From an uncultured Rhodobacterales bacterium (GTDB lineage: Bacteria > Pseudomonadota > Alphaproteobacteria > Rhodobacterales > Rhodobacteraceae): 64,000 nucleotides of DNA. Location: positions 3,662 to 67,661 of the forward strand of contig CAYGUB010000001.1 of assembly GCA_964352845.1 (NCBI GenBank), in the 5' to 3' direction. This document shows, piece by piece, positions 59,196-64,000 of the stretch. Within the stretch, counting starts at the first letter, position 1, and each line of letters begins with the position of its first letter. A program made the position numbers and the translations under genes. Under the pieces are notes generated by a model. That model saw only the letters and a list, made by a program, of their open reading frames with translations. It did no database searches and had not been told where the DNA came from.

Positions 59196-60467
59196 CTATG
59201 CTGCGCCGCTGAGTTCTGTTTCATGTTGCCAGGACAACCACACCGCCGCCGTCCAGGAGAAATTCGCACCGACGCATCCCTCACCGGTCAGCGGGTTAAA
59301 ACATTCCCAGAACCCGGATTTTTCAATGGCGTTGCAAAGCCCATCGCGGACCGCTTGTGCCAGCGCGGCCTCGCCTTGTTCGGCAAGACCGAGGGCGGTC
59401 ATGTAATTCATCTGGGGCCAAACGGGGCCGCACCAATATCTCTGCGCCTCGAAATCATCGGCGTCGGGATCCCAGCTGGGTAGCATGTAGCCGACCTTGG
59501 AGCCGATGCGATGCAGATGCTGGATGGTGCGCGCGCGCTGCTCAGCGGTGCCGGTATCGGCATAAAAGCAAAGCGCGCTGCAATTCGAAAAGCCGCTTGA
59601 GAAGGTTTTGGTCCGGATATCGCGCGCCGTGAAGGCGCCCAGATCATCATTCCAAAGGTAATCGGTCGCAGCCTCGCCCTTGGCGATCCATGCGCGGATC
59701 TGATCGCAGATGTCCCGGGATTTACCCAGCTTCAAGGCCATTGCCAGAAGATCCTTATCGGCCCGCAAGAGTACAAAATGTATATTCGGGTCAGCCATCA
59801 GAAACGGACCCTCATCGGTCAACCGGCGTTGGTCCCAACCCACGCGGTCGCCGAACTGAACAATGGTCAGGTATTTGTCATATTGTTCCTGTGTCGGGCG
59901 GAACGCCGGATTGACATGCATGTTGTCCTTGCGCGTATAGGGCTGAAGGTCCGGCGCGACCTCCATCAGGTCCAGCCCGATATTCCATTCCGGACAATTG
60001 TCGCGCCCGGTTTCCCAAGGGTGGACCGTTGCAACAATGCCGTCCACGGTTCGGGCCGTGTGATACCATGCATGCCAGGCGAAGATCTGGTCGAAGACCT
60101 CGGCGCGACGCTCGGCACCCTGTGGGCCCCTGGTGATCTGACGGACAATACTGGCAAGAACGGGCGGTTGAGACACACCTGTCGATGGAATATTGCCATG
60201 CGTTTTGCCCCATCGGGAGGGGCCCGGAAAATAGTCGGGATCGTCGCTGCGGAAAATAATGCTGGGGATCATGCCGTCCGACCACTGGCCTTCGATCAGC
60301 GATGTGATCTCGGTCCATGCCCGGTTCATGTCATAGGTGGCAAACCCGAGTGCGACAAAGGCGCTGTCCCAGTTCCATTGATAGGGGTAAAGCCCGGCCG
60401 TAGGGATCGTGAACCGACCGCGATCGTTTTTCGCCAGCGTATCGATGGCCTGTTGCTTCAGTGACAT
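59196..60467 (-). CDS. GH63-like (mannosylglycerate/glucosylglycerate hydrolase-type) glycoside hydrolase
   Basis: YPYQWNWDSAF, SQPPV, HPWETGRDN, YWCGPVWP, E.FNPLTGEG, FSWTAA motifs. Confidence 0.82.
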   Translation of the reverse strand: MSLKQQAIDTLAKNDRGRFTIPTAGLYPYQWNWDSAFVALGFATYDMNRAWTEITSLIEGQWSDGMIPSIIFRSDDPDYFPGPSRWGKTHGNIPSTGVSQPPVLASIVRQITRGPQGAERRAEVFDQIFAWHAWYHTARTVDGIVATVHPWETGRDNCPEWNIGLDLMEVAPDLQPYTRKDNMHVNPAFRPTQEQYDKYLTIVQFGDRVGWDQRRLTDEGPFLMADPNIHFVLLRADKDLLAMALKLGKSRDICDQIRAWIAKGEAATDYLWNDDLGAFTARDIRTKTFSSGFSNCSALCFYADTGTAEQRARTIQHLHRIGSKVGYMLPSWDPDADDFEAQRYWCGPVWPQMNYMTALGLAEQGEAALAQAVRDGLCNAIEKSGFWECFNPLTGEGCVGANFSWTAAVWLSWQHETELSGAA

Positions 60468-60470
60468 GGG

Positions 60471-61703
60471 TTATCCTTTCACACTGCCAGCCGTCAGACC
60501 GGCCACGAGAAAACGTTCGAACCACAAGAACAGGGCCAGCACAGGCACCGTTGCAATTACCGCACCTGCCATCAGATGCTGGCGCGGCACCTCAGAGGAT
60601 TGCAGCTCATTGATCCCGCGCGAGAGCGTGAACAGATCGACCGAGTCCAGAAACATCAGGGCGAAGAGAAACTCGTTCCATGCGATCATGAACACATAGA
60701 GCGCAACCGAGCCCAGCGCAGGCAAAGCCAGCGGGAGAGTGATCTTGCGGATGACGTTCAGCCGCGTCAGCCCGTCCATCAGCCCGGCCTCCTCCAGCTC
60801 GGCCGGGATACCGCGAAAATACCCCTGCAACATATACAGCGCGACGGGGATGGTCGTGGCCGGGTAAACCAGCATCAGACCCCAAAGCGTATTGCGCATG
60901 CCCAGCTGGCTGAAGATCGCATAGAGCGGGATCACCAGAACGATCATCGGCACCATGTATATCAGCAGGATCGACCGGCTCAGGAAATGCTGCCCGGGAA
61001 ATTTCAGGCGGGCTACGGCATAGGCACCGGGCACGGCGAAAAACAGCGTGATGAATACCGTTGCGATACTGACAATTGCCGAGTTCAACAGGAAGCTGCC
61101 GAAATTATACTGGGTGAACAGCTCGATATAGCTGCGAAACAGTGCTGACGCGCCCTGGCTGAAATTCAGCGAAAAGTCGAGCGGGTTGGACAGCAGCAGC
61201 TGTTGGTTCTTGAGGCTCATCATCACCATGATGAAGAAGGGCAAAGCCACGGCAATGGTGAAGAAGATCAGGCCAAATCCCTTGATGAAACGCAGGCAGA
61301 TGACCTCGATATTGTAGCGGCGCTCGGTCCCGGGACCGAGGTCAAGCGAGGTCAGGTGGATGGATTGGACGGTGGCCGAGGCGATCAGGATCAAAAAGAC
61401 GATCTGCCCGAAGGCGTAAGATGACATCGGCAGGCCCAGCGGTGCGGCGCCGGATGCTAAGATCAGCACCAATACGAAGGCGAGCCCGGACAATGCGCGC
61501 AGTCCAATGCTACGCTTTTGCGCCGCGAAACCTGTCAATACGGCAGCTGTCACAAACCCCGCCACTGCGCCGGCGGTGACTTGCGGCTGAAAGGTTTCGC
61601 CTGAGATAAACAGGGCCAGAAGCGTGATCAGGACGGTCCAGATCGCGCCCCAGAGAGTTCCGAACAGGAGGCTGAGATAGAAGATGTTTCCAAAGCGGCT
61701 CAT
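60471..61703 (-). CDS. Carbohydrate ABC transporter permease (MalG-like, with extra N-terminal TM segments)
   Basis: EAA loop IPAELEEAGLMDG, AWNEFLFA, GLTAGSVKG motifs. Confidence 0.93.
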   Translation of the reverse strand: MSRFGNIFYLSLLFGTLWGAIWTVLITLLALFISGETFQPQVTAGAVAGFVTAAVLTGFAAQKRSIGLRALSGLAFVLVLILASGAAPLGLPMSSYAFGQIVFLILIASATVQSIHLTSLDLGPGTERRYNIEVICLRFIKGFGLIFFTIAVALPFFIMVMMSLKNQQLLLSNPLDFSLNFSQGASALFRSYIELFTQYNFGSFLLNSAIVSIATVFITLFFAVPGAYAVARLKFPGQHFLSRSILLIYMVPMIVLVIPLYAIFSQLGMRNTLWGLMLVYPATTIPVALYMLQGYFRGIPAELEEAGLMDGLTRLNVIRKITLPLALPALGSVALYVFMIAWNEFLFALMFLDSVDLFTLSRGINELQSSEVPRQHLMAGAVIATVPVLALFLWFERFLVAGLTAGSVKG

Positions 61704-62992
61704 GCGTCATCCTCGGGTGAGAATTTGAAGAAGATGATGGAAAACACCAACAAGATCAGGAACACGACCACGGCCACAGCCGCACCCGCCCCGAGGTTGG
61801 ACACCGCAAAGGCCTGCTCATAGACATTGACCGTCAACGTCCGCGTTCCGGCGGCACCGCCAGTCAGAAGGAAGATGTCGTCGAACTTGTTGAACGTCCA
61901 GATGAAGCGCAGCAGGAACAAGACGGCCATGATGCCCATCAGTTGCGGCAGCGAGATGAAGCGGAATTGTTGAAATGGGGTCGCGCCGTCGATCTCCGCC
62001 GCCTCATAGATATCCTTGGACATGGATTGCATCCGCGCGAGGATAAAGAGCATGGCCAGCGGAAAATAGCGCCAGATCTCGAAGATGATGACGACCGTAA
62101 GTGCGACAGGAAAATCGAAGGACAGACCCAGAAAACTGATCTCGACAGCGCGCTGCCCGAGAAAGCTGATCGGACCGTCGATGACGCCAAGCTGGATCAA
62201 CAGCGCGTTGAGTGTCCCGCCGGGCCCGGGATCAAGCAGAAGCACCCAGGCCACAGCCACAGCAATAACGGGGGCCACATAGGGCGACAGAAACAGCCCG
62301 CGCAGAAAGCTGCGCCCACGGAAGGCCATATTCATCAGCTGGGCCGCAAACAGCCCCATGACAAGCGCGCCGACCGTTCCGGCAATCGTGTAATACATCG
62401 ATGCCCAAAGGACCTGCCAGAAATCAGAGGCGTTAAAGACCTTGCGGAAGTTATCCAGCGTGAAATCATCGTTGGTCAGGATGTTTTCCGGCACGAAGTC
62501 AAAGACGGATTCCGTGTCCTTCACATCCATCGGCGCGTCAATATAGGCCTGCGTCGCGGCGACGCGGAGCATGATGTCTTCGCGTTTTCCGGCCTCGTAA
62601 TCACCAAGCTCACAGCTCAGGGTTGCACCGTCGAGCACGCAGCGATCATCAAATGACAGAACCTCCAGACCCGCAGGCAGCGTGTCTGTCATCACCACTT
62701 CGGCAATATCGCTCTGCCGCGAGGAATTGCGGATCCGGTAGCGGATATCGGCCTCGTCGCCTGCGGCGTCAAGATCGCCCATCAGGCGCTCGTTGACCAG
62801 GATCGACGGCGCGCGCAGATCACCGAGTGTCACGGGTTTGAAGCTGATCCACACATTCGCAAACAGAGGGACCAGCACGACCGAGAGAACGATCAGAAAT
62901 GTGGGCAAAAGCAGCGCATAGGCAAAGCGCATCTCGCGCTTGGCAAGCGGTCCCAGACCCTTGGGCGGTTTTGGCTGATTATCGGGCGTCAT
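61700..62992 (-). CDS. Carbohydrate ABC transporter permease (MalF-like) with inserted periplasmic Ig-like domain
   Basis: YEAAEIDGA, FNKFDDIFLLTGG motifs; start ATG 62992. Confidence 0.93.
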   Translation of the reverse strand: MTPDNQPKPPKGLGPLAKREMRFAYALLLPTFLIVLSVVLVPLFANVWISFKPVTLGDLRAPSILVNERLMGDLDAAGDEADIRYRIRNSSRQSDIAEVVMTDTLPAGLEVLSFDDRCVLDGATLSCELGDYEAGKREDIMLRVAATQAYIDAPMDVKDTESVFDFVPENILTNDDFTLDNFRKVFNASDFWQVLWASMYYTIAGTVGALVMGLFAAQLMNMAFRGRSFLRGLFLSPYVAPVIAVAVAWVLLLDPGPGGTLNALLIQLGVIDGPISFLGQRAVEISFLGLSFDFPVALTVVIIFEIWRYFPLAMLFILARMQSMSKDIYEAAEIDGATPFQQFRFISLPQLMGIMAVLFLLRFIWTFNKFDDIFLLTGGAAGTRTLTVNVYEQAFAVSNLGAGAAVAVVVFLILLVFSIIFFKFSPEDDA

Positions 62993-63012
62993 GATGTGGT
63001 CCACGCAAAAGG

Positions 63013-63042
63013 GCAAGCGGCGCATATCGCTGCGCCGCTTGC
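63013..63042. other. Intergenic hairpin after the solute-binding protein gene
   Basis: Perfect 12-bp stem GCAAGCGGCGCA-TATCGC-TGCGCCGCTTGC, typical of a stabiliser that enriches the binding-protein mRNA. Confidence 0.7.
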
Positions 63043-63051
63043 TGTTGGGCC

Positions 63052-64000
63052 TTACAGATCGAGCGCCTTATGCTCGGCCACGATTTTATCCGCGGCTTCC
63101 TGAACTGTCAGATCGCCGTCGGTCATTTCCCGGATCACGCGGCTCATGATTTGTGAGTTCACGATCTTGGAGGCGGTGGCAAGCTGCCCATCGGCAACGC
63201 CCCAGCGATCGCCTACGGACAGGCCGGCGACGATGTCATCAATGACAGATTGCGGGTAGATATCGCCAAGCGGCGCGCGGCGGTCGACGCCAACATCGAG
63301 ACCCGCCCATGTTGCCTCAAAGGAGGTATCACCGGCCTCTGTGCCGCGACGGACCGGGAATTTGCCTTCAGGCGCCTGCGACAACCACTGGCCATAGCCC
63401 TCAGACAGGACGTATTCCACAAACTCCTGCGCGACGGCGGTATTGGCATCCGCCGTGATCCCCAGATAGCGCACATCCGCATAGGCTGCGCCATCGGGGT
63501 TGCCCGGACCGGAAATGACGGTTGAGAAACCAGTGGATTGAGCCAGTTCCTTGGTCGTTGGATCATCGGAAATGGTCACAGGCGCACTGTCGCGTAGCCC
63601 GCCCAGCTCATCGAGGATCGAGGGCGACCAGATCACCATCGCGGCCTTCCCATCGAGATAGAGCTCGCGCGATTGCGACCAGAACAGATCACCTTCGGGC
63701 GAATTTGCGACGAGACCTTTATACAGCTCCAGAAGCTCGACGAGATGCGTGGTGTCCTCATTGATCGACCCGTCGGCATTGACCGGCGAGTAACCGGTCG
63801 CGAGCGACAGATGCTCGATCAGCTGCATCATATAGCCTTCGTCGATCTTCGTCGCGGCGACAAAACCATACATCTCAGGCGGGTTATGCAGCGCAGCCAT
63901 GGCGGCATTCATGGCCTCAAAGCTTGTCGGGGCGGCAAGACCTGCCTCTTCAAAAAGGTCGGCGCGGTAGACAACCAGCTGGGTCCAGCCATCGGTCGGC
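63052..64000 (-). CDS. Sugar ABC transporter solute-binding protein, partial (5' end outside window)
   Basis: Frame stays open to the window end (PTDGWTQLVVYRADLFEEAGL...); operon context. Confidence 0.88.
   Translation of the reverse strand, partial: PTDGWTQLVVYRADLFEEAGLAAPTSFEAMNAAMAALHNPPEMYGFVAATKIDEGYMMQLIEHLSLATGYSPVNADGSINEDTTHLVELLELYKGLVANSPEGDLFWSQSRELYLDGKAAMVIWSPSILDELGGLRDSAPVTISDDPTTKELAQSTGFSTVISGPGNPDGAAYADVRYLGITADANTAVAQEFVEYVLSEGYGQWLSQAPEGKFPVRRGTEAGDTSFEATWAGLDVGVDRRAPLGDIYPQSVIDDIVAGLSVGDRWGVADGQLATASKIVNSQIMSRVIREMTDGDLTVQEAADKIVAEHKALDL

Overview
Chromosomal window from an alphaproteobacterium of the Rhodobacteraceae/Roseobacter type, inferred from gene content and order. 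It spans the likely replication origin: parB-parA-rsmG-mnmG-mnmE-rho-hemJ | oriC (~25.7-26.05 kb) | maf-aroE-coaE-dnaQ, with two perfect parS palindromes. To the left are capsule/LPS genes (glycosyltransferases, galE, galU, kdsB, cysQ, kpsM-like), alkB, dnaK-dnaJ, mutS, grpE-hrcA and rph-rdgB-hemW. To the right are ptsN-hpf-lptBAC-kdsD-rnd and then a ~18-kb accessory polysaccharide region: rfbCBDA, an AlgD-type dehydrogenase, GT4, a Wzy/ligase-like protein, GT2, a sulfotransferase, a VPLPA-CTERM protein and three beta-helix proteins. After that come a copper-chaperone module, an RTX metalloprotease, a PAP2/haloperoxidase-fold gene with a divergent regulator, and a sugar ABC transporter with a GH63-like hydrolase. 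The most notable observations are: (1) a 916-aa protein whose N-terminus resembles a gene-transfer-agent (GTA) head-fibre anchor, preceded by a possible decayed spike-base gene and lying inside the polysaccharide locus; (2) a PAP2/vanadium-haloperoxidase-fold enzyme fused to a codon-diversified (GSS)12 N-terminal repeat; (3) a CxxC + RAPP leader peptide with an SD-masking hairpin ahead of the PCuAC gene; (4) a structured repeat element between convergent genes at 47.5 kb; (5) two genes that appear to start at ATC behind a GGAGG. All family calls come from motif recognition by eye; no searches were run.
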